The translations under genes were made by a program, and so were the position numbers. A DNA stretch of 64,000 nt, taken from contig JACPFA010000003.1 in assembly GCA_016183235.1 (NCBI GenBank), positions 39,560 through 103,559 on the forward strand. The letters are read 5' to 3'. The notes below the pieces were generated by a model, which was not told where the DNA came from, made no database searches, and was given only the letters and a program-made list of their open reading frames with translations. This stretch comes from Deltaproteobacteria bacterium (lineage in GTDB: Bacteria; UBA10199; DSSB01; JACPFA01). Shown in pieces: positions 16,995 through 24,457 of this stretch (position 1 is its first letter; each line of letters begins with the position of its first letter).

Positions 16995-17455
16995 GTTCTA
17001 ATATGGACACGCCCGTTCAACCTACCAAACCCAAAAAAATACGTTGGGGATGGATTATTGGCATTTTCTTAACTCTTTGCCTCTTAAGTTTTATCGCCTT
17101 AGGCGGTATCATTTATTGGGCTGTCACCCATGCCATAAAATCCTCGGATGTCTATCAAGAGGCCTTACGCAAGGTTAAAAGCCGGATTGTGATTATTGAA
17201 AAATTAGGGACACCCATTGAAGAAAACGGTATCCCCGGAGGAAAGATTTCCTCTTCGAGCGGTAGTGGCAGTGCCAATCTAGAAATTCCTATCAAAGGCC
17301 CTAAAGGCAAGGCCACTATTTACTTAAACGCTACGAAGGTTGGCAAACAATGGCGGTATCAAAAGCTCTTTGTGTTGATTCCTGGGAAAAATGGAGAGCC
17401 TGATCTTCAAGTTAATCTTGTACTTCCCGCCCCCGAAGAAAATCAGCTTAGGTAA
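16991..17455 (+). CDS. Membrane-anchored protein, Coa1-like (cytochrome oxidase assembly factor 1 family), tentative
   Basis: N-terminal TM segment WGWIIGIFLTLCLLSFIALGGIIYWAV, then SSDVYQEALRKVK..LGTPIEENG. ATGA overlap with the ferredoxin gene. Confidence 0.5.
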   Translation: MSSNMDTPVQPTKPKKIRWGWIIGIFLTLCLLSFIALGGIIYWAVTHAIKSSDVYQEALRKVKSRIVIIEKLGTPIEENGIPGGKISSSSGSGSANLEIPIKGPKGKATIYLNATKVGKQWRYQKLFVLIPGKNGEPDLQVNLVLPAPEENQLR

Positions 17456-17458
17456 ATA

Positions 17459-17564
17459 GTATTTCTGAAAAATTCTTTTGCAATCCGGCAGAGGCTCTCT
17501 CAACCCCGAGCAAAGGGGTTTCGAGTAGCCTCTTCCCGCTTGCAAAAGAATTTTTCAGAAATAC
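17459..17564. mobile_element. G-type MITE-like palindrome with a 6-bp target-site-duplication-like flank
   Basis: GTATTTCTGAAAAATTCTTTTGCAA / TTGCAAAAGAATTTTTCAGAAATAC. Flanked by TAAATA at 17453-17458 and 17565-17570. Confidence 0.7.
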
Positions 17565-17618
17565 TAAATAGATAAATTTCTTCTTGAAGTTTTCAATGTA
17601 TTAAGGCCAGTGGAATCT

Positions 17619-18257
17619 ATGATCTTCGAACAATTGGCGGTAGGGCCCTTTCAATGTAATTGCAGTATTATTGGCTGTGAAAAAACCAAAGAGGCGATCA
17701 TTATTGACCCCGGTGATGAAGCAGAAACGATTATCGCCTTGGTTCAAAAGCACGGCCTTAAACCAAAATATTTACTCCACACCCACGCTCATCTTGATCA
17801 CGTGGGCGCAACCAAGCTGGTTAAAGATCAATGCCGCGGGGAAATTTGCCTACACCGTGACGATCAATTTTTATACGACAATGTGGCCATGCAAGCCTCT
17901 TTATTTTTTCTTCCCGCCCCTCCCATCACCAAAGTTAATCAATATGTAGAAGACGGTGACACTTTACAATTTGGAAAATATAAAATTGAAATCTTGCATA
18001 CCCCTGGCCATACTCCAGGTAGCATTACTTTTTATTTAGTCGCGGAAAATAAACCTTTGCTTTTTACCGGTGATACACTGTTTCTGGGCAGTATTGGCCG
18101 TACCGATCTTTGGGGTGGCGATTATGCTACGATTTTAAAATCTATTAAAACTAAACTGTTTGATTTTGATGCTCAAACGAAGGTCTATCCAGGCCATGGC
18201 CCTGCTACCACTCTAGGTCAAGAAAAGAATAGTAATCCCTTTTTGATTAATTTATAA
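17619..18257 (+). CDS. MBL-fold metallo-hydrolase (glyoxalase II-like)
   Basis: HTHAHLDHVG motif, ..HTPGHTPGS... About 212 aa. Confidence 0.8.
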   Translation: MIFEQLAVGPFQCNCSIIGCEKTKEAIIIDPGDEAETIIALVQKHGLKPKYLLHTHAHLDHVGATKLVKDQCRGEICLHRDDQFLYDNVAMQASLFFLPAPPITKVNQYVEDGDTLQFGKYKIEILHTPGHTPGSITFYLVAENKPLLFTGDTLFLGSIGRTDLWGGDYATILKSIKTKLFDFDAQTKVYPGHGPATTLGQEKNSNPFLINL

Positions 18258-18265
18258 TTTTTGGT

Positions 18266-18937
18266 ATGTCAGCATCGTTTTTTTCCGACACACAAATGAT
18301 TATCCTAATTGTGGGGGGATTTTTACTGCTGGATGCCATCATTGTGGTTGGTTTACTTTATAGTCTGAAAGCAAGAAATAAAGATTTTTTCGCGAGTCTT
18401 GAACAATATTCAGTCGCCAAAGGTTATGGGTTTCAAAAGAACTCTCTTCTTGCACTCCGTTTTACTTTAACAGGAAAATCCTCTTCTGGGAAAAAATGGT
18501 GCCTTTCTACCAAAGCCTCCAATAAAGAAAGTGACTTTTGTTTTACTTCGCAAGATTTTAAAAATCCGCCTCGGCTTTGCATGATCAGCCCCCGCCAAAA
18601 CAAAACCTATCCGCGTTTAGAAAACTCGATGAATAGCCCTATCGCTAAATGGATGATCCGAACGACTTTAGGCATCCCTAAAGAGCTGTTGGAAAATGTT
18701 CAGGTGGTGGATTTGCCAAATGCTGAACTGAACAGTCGCTTTGTGAGCGTAGCTGACAGCAGCCACTCCTTGCGTCAAGTCCTTAAACCTCGAGCTGAAA
18801 CTATTTTGGCAAATTGGCAAGACGGCAGGCCTTTTATCATGGTGTCAAACCAAGGGCTTGAAATACGTTTCCCGGTCAAAAAAGACTTGCCCACCCTAGA
18901 AAAACTCATCGCTTTAGGCGAAGCCATTTTAAGCTAA
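18266..18937 (+). CDS. Hypothetical membrane-anchored protein
   Basis: 223 aa with an N-terminal TM segment IILIVGGFLLLDAIIVVGLLY. Confidence 0.5.
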   Translation: MSASFFSDTQMIILIVGGFLLLDAIIVVGLLYSLKARNKDFFASLEQYSVAKGYGFQKNSLLALRFTLTGKSSSGKKWCLSTKASNKESDFCFTSQDFKNPPRLCMISPRQNKTYPRLENSMNSPIAKWMIRTTLGIPKELLENVQVVDLPNAELNSRFVSVADSSHSLRQVLKPRAETILANWQDGRPFIMVSNQGLEIRFPVKKDLPTLEKLIALGEAILS

Positions 18938-18999
18938 CTGGCTGGCCTAGCCCCCTGGCCGTTGACTTTTGGCTTAAAGCCTCCTATCACCCAAAGATC

Positions 19000-20169
19000 A
19001 TGGAATTCTCGATCGAATATTGCGAGAAAAAACTGGTTTTGAAAAATCCCCAGATCCTTGAGGCTGAAAAAGCTTACCTTCAAGCCTATTTAAACAAGGT
19101 CAATGGTTATAAAGTCATTGGTTTTCATCAAGGCTCACCAGTTTTCTCTCTCTATCAACCCCCATTGGCCACCCCCGTAGGGCAACGCTCTTTAGACTTT
19201 CGTTTGTCACGACGGTTTCAGCATTTACGCGTTCCTGCTACGGCAACCCTATCCATCACCAAGGCCTGTCAATGTGAATGCGAACATTGCTCTGCTGTTT
19301 TTTACAATCATGCTCAACAAAAAGAACTCTCTTGCGATGAATTAAAAAAAGCGATTCAACAGACCTGCGCATTAGGAACCACTACAATTATTTTTTTAGG
19401 TGGCGAACCCACCTTGCATAAAAATTTTATTGAGTTGGTAAAAAGTGTCCCTCTAGAAAAAGCGTCGGTCATCTTTTTTTCGAATGGGGAACGACTCAAT
19501 CGGGAACTCTGTTGCCAATTGCAAGAGGCAGGTGTGTTGGGCTGTTTTATTTCACTGGACAGCACCGACCCTGACACCCACGATCGCTTTCGGCAACGCA
19601 AAGGCCTTTTTGCCAAGGCCCTGCAGGGAGTTCAGGCCATGCGAGAGGCGGGATTGTTGGTGGGTATCTCAAGTCACCTAAGCCCCACGAATTTAGAACA
19701 AAATCATTTTGAAAACACGCTCGAACTAGCCAAACTTGTAGGTGCGCACGAAGTGACCTTTTTTGATGCCATCCCCAGTGGTCGCTGGTTGCAAGATGAA
19801 ACTTGCCTTTTACAACCCAAAGATCGCGAAAAAATCGCGAAATTGGTCCGAGAATATCGAAAAAAATTAGACTACCCGGGGATTTCTGCCCAATCCACAA
19901 TGACAAGCGTTTGCGGCAGTGCCTTTTGTTTCGCAGCCAACACCCAATTTTACCTGACCGCCTTTGGCGACATGTGCCCCTGCGATTTTACTCCCCTTAC
20001 GATCGGTCGTTTCCCAGAACAAAGCATTCAAGAACTCTGGCAAAAAATGACTTCAACATCCCCGTATCACCAACGGGCCAAGGCCTGCCGCATGCAAGAC
20101 AAAACGTTCCGTGAGCAATACATCCACCCCATCCCAAAACACGGGCCGTTTCCTTACCCGCTTAGTTGA
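19000..20169 (+). CDS. Radical SAM / SPASM-like protein with an ~85-aa N-terminal extension
   Basis: CQCECEHC (CX3CX2C). C-terminal Cys cluster CGSAFC..CPCDF..C. Confidence 0.7.
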   Translation: MEFSIEYCEKKLVLKNPQILEAEKAYLQAYLNKVNGYKVIGFHQGSPVFSLYQPPLATPVGQRSLDFRLSRRFQHLRVPATATLSITKACQCECEHCSAVFYNHAQQKELSCDELKKAIQQTCALGTTTIIFLGGEPTLHKNFIELVKSVPLEKASVIFFSNGERLNRELCCQLQEAGVLGCFISLDSTDPDTHDRFRQRKGLFAKALQGVQAMREAGLLVGISSHLSPTNLEQNHFENTLELAKLVGAHEVTFFDAIPSGRWLQDETCLLQPKDREKIAKLVREYRKKLDYPGISAQSTMTSVCGSAFCFAANTQFYLTAFGDMCPCDFTPLTIGRFPEQSIQELWQKMTSTSPYHQRAKACRMQDKTFREQYIHPIPKHGPFPYPLS

Positions 20170-20177
20170 AAAGTCCT

Positions 20178-20261
20178 CTGTCATTGCGAGGAATCTGCGA
20201 CGAAGCAATCTCCTCGGTTTAACCGGTGAGATTGCCACGCCCGTTGGGCTCGCAATGACAG
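20178..20261. repeat. A-type hairpin element, 84 bp
   Basis: CTGTCATTGCGAG..CTCGCAATGACAG. Reverse orientation relative to the copies at 52868 and 57179. Confidence 0.9.
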
Positions 20262-20273
20262 AAGCCCTCATAA

Positions 20274-20325
20274 GCCGACCGGGCGTGGGCTCTCCATTGG
20301 CCTCTCCCTGCCTCGAAAAGACGTG
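20274..20325. repeat. Half copy of the E3-type outer stem
   Basis: GCCGACCGGGCGTGGGCTCTCCATTGGCCTCTCCCTGCCTCGAAAAGACGTG matches 53905-53955. Confidence 0.85.
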
Positions 20326-20338
20326 ACACTATTTGCAG

Positions 20339-20401
20339 ATGAATTGAAGAATAAAATGGAAGATTGCCACGCTCGCAAACGGTGCTCGCTCGCAATGACA
20401 T
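20339..20401 (+). repeat. B-type arm element abutting the dgt stop codon
   Basis: ATGAATTGAAGAATAAAATGGAAGATTGCCACGCT..CTCGCAATGACAT. Confidence 0.85.
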
Positions 20402-21564
20402 CAGACGCGCGATTCGGGGTTGAACAGCTTTTGATGCTCTTCTAACGCATAGCGATCGGTCATGCCAGCGATGTAATCGCAAATATGGCGAGGCAGGTCG
20501 TGAGCCTGCCCACTGTCAAAATCATCAGGCATGATTTTGGGATTTTTTAAAAAGGCCAAGAACAAATCTCGCAAAATGCGTTCGGCCTTTTCTGCCATAC
20601 GCTCGACTCGATAATGACGATAAAGTTTAGTAAAAAGAAATCGCTTCAACTCGGTGTTTTGTCGTTTGATAGGTTCGCTGTAGGCCACTAAATTTTTACC
20701 TTGCGTATAAACATCTTCTAAATTTTTGATTTTCTTTTGTTCAAGATTTTCCAAAGTGGTTTTCACCAAATCGGTCACCAATTGATTAATGATGTTGCGA
20801 ATGGTTTGAATACGAAGAATTTCTAACGTTGCCCCGGGCCTTTTTGCCGCCACTTCGTTATAAGTAGTTTGCCACAACTCCACCTCTTTTAATTGCTCTA
20901 AGCTAATTAAATTAGACCGCAGGCCATCATCTAAATCATGATTGTTATAGGCAATCTCATCACTAAAATTGGCGATCTGCGCTTCAATGGAGGGCTCGTG
21001 GGTCCGCGTAAATTCATGGCCACCGGGCAAATCGTATTCGGTAAAATGTTTGGATAAACCTTCTAGAACTTCCAACGTAAGGTTAAGGCCTAAATAGCGT
21101 GGGTCTCTTTTTTCTAAATGGGTGACAATCCGGAAAGATTGTCGGTTGTGTTCAAAGCCACCCGCATCTTTCATTAATTCGTTCATGGCCTTTTCCCCCG
21201 AATGGCCAAAGGGCGGGTGCCCCAGGTCATGGGCCAGGGCAATGGCCTCGCTTAAATCTTCATTGACCCGCAAAGTACGGGCAATCGTGCGTGAGATTTG
21301 CGCTACTTCGAGGCTGTGGGTCAATCGCGTACGGTAATGATCGCCTTCGTGGTTCACAAACACTTGGGTTTTGTATTCCAAACGACGAAAGGCCTTGCAA
21401 TGAATGATCCTATCGCGGTCCCGTTGGAAGCAGGTGCGGTAAGGATGCTCTTCTTCTTGATAACGCCTGCCCAGTGAATGTTTACTGTTGCACGCATAAG
21501 CGGCTAAGCGAGCTAATTCTTCAGCTTCAAATTCTTCTCGATCGCGCAAACCCTGATGACTCAT
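20401..21564 (-). CDS. dgt: dGTPase-like HD-domain triphosphohydrolase
   Basis: 387 aa. HSLEVAQISR..LAHDLGHPPFGH. The start overlaps the queE stop (ATGA). Confidence 0.85.
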   Translation of the reverse strand: MSHQGLRDREEFEAEELARLAAYACNSKHSLGRRYQEEEHPYRTCFQRDRDRIIHCKAFRRLEYKTQVFVNHEGDHYRTRLTHSLEVAQISRTIARTLRVNEDLSEAIALAHDLGHPPFGHSGEKAMNELMKDAGGFEHNRQSFRIVTHLEKRDPRYLGLNLTLEVLEGLSKHFTEYDLPGGHEFTRTHEPSIEAQIANFSDEIAYNNHDLDDGLRSNLISLEQLKEVELWQTTYNEVAAKRPGATLEILRIQTIRNIINQLVTDLVKTTLENLEQKKIKNLEDVYTQGKNLVAYSEPIKRQNTELKRFLFTKLYRHYRVERMAEKAERILRDLFLAFLKNPKIMPDDFDSGQAHDLPRHICDYIAGMTDRYALEEHQKLFNPESRV

Positions 21565-22298
21565 AACACCCCCAATATTTTATGAATTTGTGGAATCACG
21601 CGTACATGGGCGTAATTTTCAGTGGCTACCTTTTGTAAATGCAACAAATGCTCAAGGGAAATAGGCGTTTTGATTCTGCCCCCCGGGCTGACGGGCTGTA
21701 AGATAAGTTCGATGGGCTTTTCGAGATTTTTTAAAAGTTGAGTCGCCATTAAAATATCTTCGGCTTGGGTATCATTCGTTACTATTGCCTTCACATAGAC
21801 CTCTTTTTTTTGGGCCACTTGCAAAAACTTTAAGTGCTCTTGCCAAAATGTCCCGGTTTGAGCAGCGCTGGGCAATTTAAAATCCATGCTTACAATATCT
21901 ACCTGGTCGATGATTGTAGCAAGCCGATCGGCATGAATGCCACTGCTTTCTAATAAAACACGATACCGCCCGGCTAATTGGGTGAGAAGGGCTTGAATAA
22001 ATTTGTGATGGAGCAGGGGTTCACCTCCGGTAAGGCTTAGGGTTTGATTTTGGAAACGTTCGAGATGCGACATGAGCTGGGCAACGGTGCTAGGGTTTTC
22101 AAAATAAGTAAAATCTCCACTGTGCGGGGAATATTCGACTCGATATTTTTCTAATTTTTGAAAGGTCGAAGGAGTATCACAAAAAGCACAAGCCAGATCA
22201 CACTGCAAAAAACGGACAAAAAGCATTTGTTGCCCCACATAGGGTCCCTCGCCCTGAATCGTTGAATAGATCTCGATGAGTGGGGCGGTGAGGGTCAT
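21561..22298 (-). CDS. queE: 7-carboxy-7-deazaguanine synthase (radical SAM)
   Basis: IQGEGPYVGQQMLFVRFLQCDLACAFCDT. ATG at 22298 overlaps the stop of the upstream gene. Confidence 0.85.
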   Translation of the reverse strand: MTLTAPLIEIYSTIQGEGPYVGQQMLFVRFLQCDLACAFCDTPSTFQKLEKYRVEYSPHSGDFTYFENPSTVAQLMSHLERFQNQTLSLTGGEPLLHHKFIQALLTQLAGRYRVLLESSGIHADRLATIIDQVDIVSMDFKLPSAAQTGTFWQEHLKFLQVAQKKEVYVKAIVTNDTQAEDILMATQLLKNLEKPIELILQPVSPGGRIKTPISLEHLLHLQKVATENYAHVRVIPQIHKILGVL

Positions 22299-22852
22299 GG
22301 CACTGCCCTTACTTTTACCAGCGCCTCTTGAACACTGGCAAACTCTTGTTCCCAAGCCTTTAGCACGGCCTTAGCTAAGATGGGGGTAGAGATTTTTAAA
22401 TCTTTTAAACCTATTGTGGGCACGGGGGTATTTTGACTAGAAATATTAAGACCTACATGCAACACCGTTGAAACAGGCGTTACCGTTGCAATCGAAACCG
22501 ATAGTTTTTGCTTTCCCACATAGAGGTCATCGCCTTGGCGTAAGATCGATAATTTGGGTTTTAATTTTAAAATATTTTCCATGATACCAACCATTAAGAG
22601 GCGTTGGGCAAATACCGTGGTGGCAAGATCAAATCCAAAAAATTCGCCAATAAAATGCAACATGCTTTCACTATAAATGGGTTCGCAATTACGCACGTCG
22701 ACTTGATCGACCATGGCTGTCAAAGGCACATCACAAGGCCCCTGGAAGGCGATTAGGCAATTGCCTAAAATACCGGTTTGCTCATAAATAAAATGCGAAC
22801 GTAATTGTGCGCCGTTGTATTGGATTGTTTTATCAAGAAATTTTGTTTTCAT
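22295..22852 (-). CDS. Conserved hypothetical protein, possibly DUF366 family
   Basis: 185 aa, translationally coupled to queE. The family call is from memory of que-cluster neighbours and is unverified. Confidence 0.45.
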   Translation of the reverse strand: MKTKFLDKTIQYNGAQLRSHFIYEQTGILGNCLIAFQGPCDVPLTAMVDQVDVRNCEPIYSESMLHFIGEFFGFDLATTVFAQRLLMVGIMENILKLKPKLSILRQGDDLYVGKQKLSVSIATVTPVSTVLHVGLNISSQNTPVPTIGLKDLKISTPILAKAVLKAWEQEFASVQEALVKVRAVP

Positions 22853-22863
22853 AATTAGATGTT

Positions 22864-22982
22864 ATTGCGAGGACCAAAGAATGGGTGACCCGGTCAGGGG
22901 GCCCCCCACCAGCGCAGAGTCCGCTTGGGGACGAGCACTGCTGGGGGAAAGACCGGGGCACCCATTCTTTGGTCCTCGCAAT
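22864..22982. repeat. C-type GC-rich core inside A-like outer stems
   Basis: ATTGCGAGGACCAAAGAATGGG..core..CCCATTCTTTGGTCCTCGCAAT. Lies between queC and the DUF366-like gene. Confidence 0.9.
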
Positions 22983-22986
22983 GGCA

Positions 22987-23646
22987 TTAGGTGTTATTCG
23001 CCATCGCTCTAAAATATCTTAAGCACGATTCACAATTGCCGCAGGACTTGGCCCCACCCTCATAGCAACTCCACAGCTCCCGAAACGGTACCCCAAGCTT
23101 CATGCCTTCTTGCACAATCTCGGTTTTACTCATCCCCAAGGTAGGGCTTACCACTTCGACATGATTAGCGGTTGAAAAATAGAGGCTTTGATTAATGGCT
23201 TCGACAAATTGGCGTGAATTGTCAGGGAAGGTAGCGGCTTCTTCAATATTAAAACCCACGATGATTTTACCAATGCCTTGGGCCTCGGCAATAAAGGCTG
23301 CCCAATTAATCATGATGCCATTGCGATTAGGTACCCACACCGCACGGGCTGATTTGACGATATGTTCGTGGCTATCCAGATGAGATGATTCTAAAGCAGG
23401 CAAATCCAGTTCGGGATTAACTAAGGCGCCGGCTAAACGTGGTTCGGGTAAAGTCATTTTTATAATTTTATGTTCGCATTCCAGTTGATTACAAATCTTT
23501 TGTGCGGCTTGAATTTCGCGCAGCGCGGCCCGTTGCCCATAATCAAAGGTGAGGGCCAAGGCAATGGGAGCACTTTGACGATAAAGGTAGGCCGCCACTG
23601 TTGAATCAAGACCACCGGAAAGTAAAATTAAGGAACGATTACTCAT
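22987..23646 (-). CDS. queC: 7-cyano-7-deazaguanine synthase
   Basis: LSGGLDST PP-loop, VPNRNG, SCYEGGAKSCGNCESC. Confidence 0.9.
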   Translation of the reverse strand: MSNRSLILLSGGLDSTVAAYLYRQSAPIALALTFDYGQRAALREIQAAQKICNQLECEHKIIKMTLPEPRLAGALVNPELDLPALESSHLDSHEHIVKSARAVWVPNRNGIMINWAAFIAEAQGIGKIIVGFNIEEAATFPDNSRQFVEAINQSLYFSTANHVEVVSPTLGMSKTEIVQEGMKLGVPFRELWSCYEGGAKSCGNCESCLRYFRAMANNT

Positions 23647-23993
23647 AGTAAGATGTCATTCAGAGTCCCTGCGTTGGGCAGGGACGATGAATCTTCCATT
23701 TCCCATTGTTCACATAGATCCTGCCACCCTCTATTTTTAACTTCAATTAACAAAATTTTTTTCTCCCTCGATTTCCCCTTGATCTGTTTTTCCCGACTTA
23801 TAGCTTCATTAATATCACCAAAATATTCCAGATAAACTAACTTGGTAAGATTATACTTTGCAGTAAAAGAACTAGGGATAGTTTTGTTTTTATGTTCATA
23901 AATGCGACGTGTAATATCGTTGGTTACACCCGTATACAAGACGGAGTGATTGATATTAGTCATAATATAAACGTAATAATTATGGTCTTTCAT
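23643..23993 (-). CDS. GIY-YIG (URI-domain) nuclease family protein, small stand-alone type
   Basis: YYVYIM..LYTGVT..RRIYEHK..REKQIKG. The last ~17 aa and the stop are encoded by the left repeat arm. Confidence 0.8.
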   Translation of the reverse strand: MKDHNYYVYIMTNINHSVLYTGVTNDITRRIYEHKNKTIPSSFTAKYNLTKLVYLEYFGDINEAISREKQIKGKSREKKILLIEVKNRGWQDLCEQWEMEDSSSLPNAGTLNDILL

Positions 23994-24031
23994 ATGAAAT
24001 GGAAGATTCTTCGCTCCGCTCTGAATGACAT
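23653..24031 (-). mobile_element. GIY-YIG cassette bounded by inverted B-type arms (candidate autonomous element)
   Basis: Left arm 23653-23701 is the reverse complement of the right arm type at 23997-24031. It fills the queD-queC spacer exactly. Confidence 0.55.
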
Positions 24032-24034
24032 TTA

Positions 24035-24403
24035 TTACTCATAATAACTCGCCGCACAATCGTCGGTTTCCCATACGGTAACACGGGCTACCCGCACCCC
24101 CGCACGGTTTAACTGTTTGCTCATTTCGCCAAAAATAAACTTGGCCACTTGTTCAGCGCTGGGATTTATCTTTTTAAAAAGGGCATTTTCGTTGAGGTAA
24201 GTATAATCGATTTTTTTATAAATACTTTCAGCTTCTTTTTTCACCTCGAGAAAATCAATAAGCACTTCTATGCCATCGAGTTTTTCGCCCATTATTCGTA
24301 TTTCGGTTTTCCAATTATGACCATGGAGTGGCTCCATCGAGCCGTCATAAAGTCGCAAGTTATGGGCCGCCACAAAGGGTTTGGTGATAATGACCTCAAA
24401 CAT
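24035..24403 (-). CDS. queD: COG0720 family protein in the que cluster (QueD-like but lacking the CxxxHGH cysteine)
   Basis: 122 aa. ..GSMEPLHGHNW.., ..VWETDDCAASYYE. Confidence 0.7.
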   Translation of the reverse strand: MFEVIITKPFVAAHNLRLYDGSMEPLHGHNWKTEIRIMGEKLDGIEVLIDFLEVKKEAESIYKKIDYTYLNENALFKKINPSAEQVAKFIFGEMSKQLNRAGVRVARVTVWETDDCAASYYE

Positions 24404-24457
24404 AGGCCTTAGGCGTTAACCCAGCGGCTCGTTTAAGGTCAATAGGGATCGCTGAGC

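Noticed and set aside
20401-21564. dGTPase-like gene as a stand-alone anti-phage dNTP-depletion system
   Set aside because: Its size, HD motifs and operon coupling with housekeeping queE fit the widespread Dgt-like housekeeping family. It is kept only as a low-to-medium-interest linkage observation.
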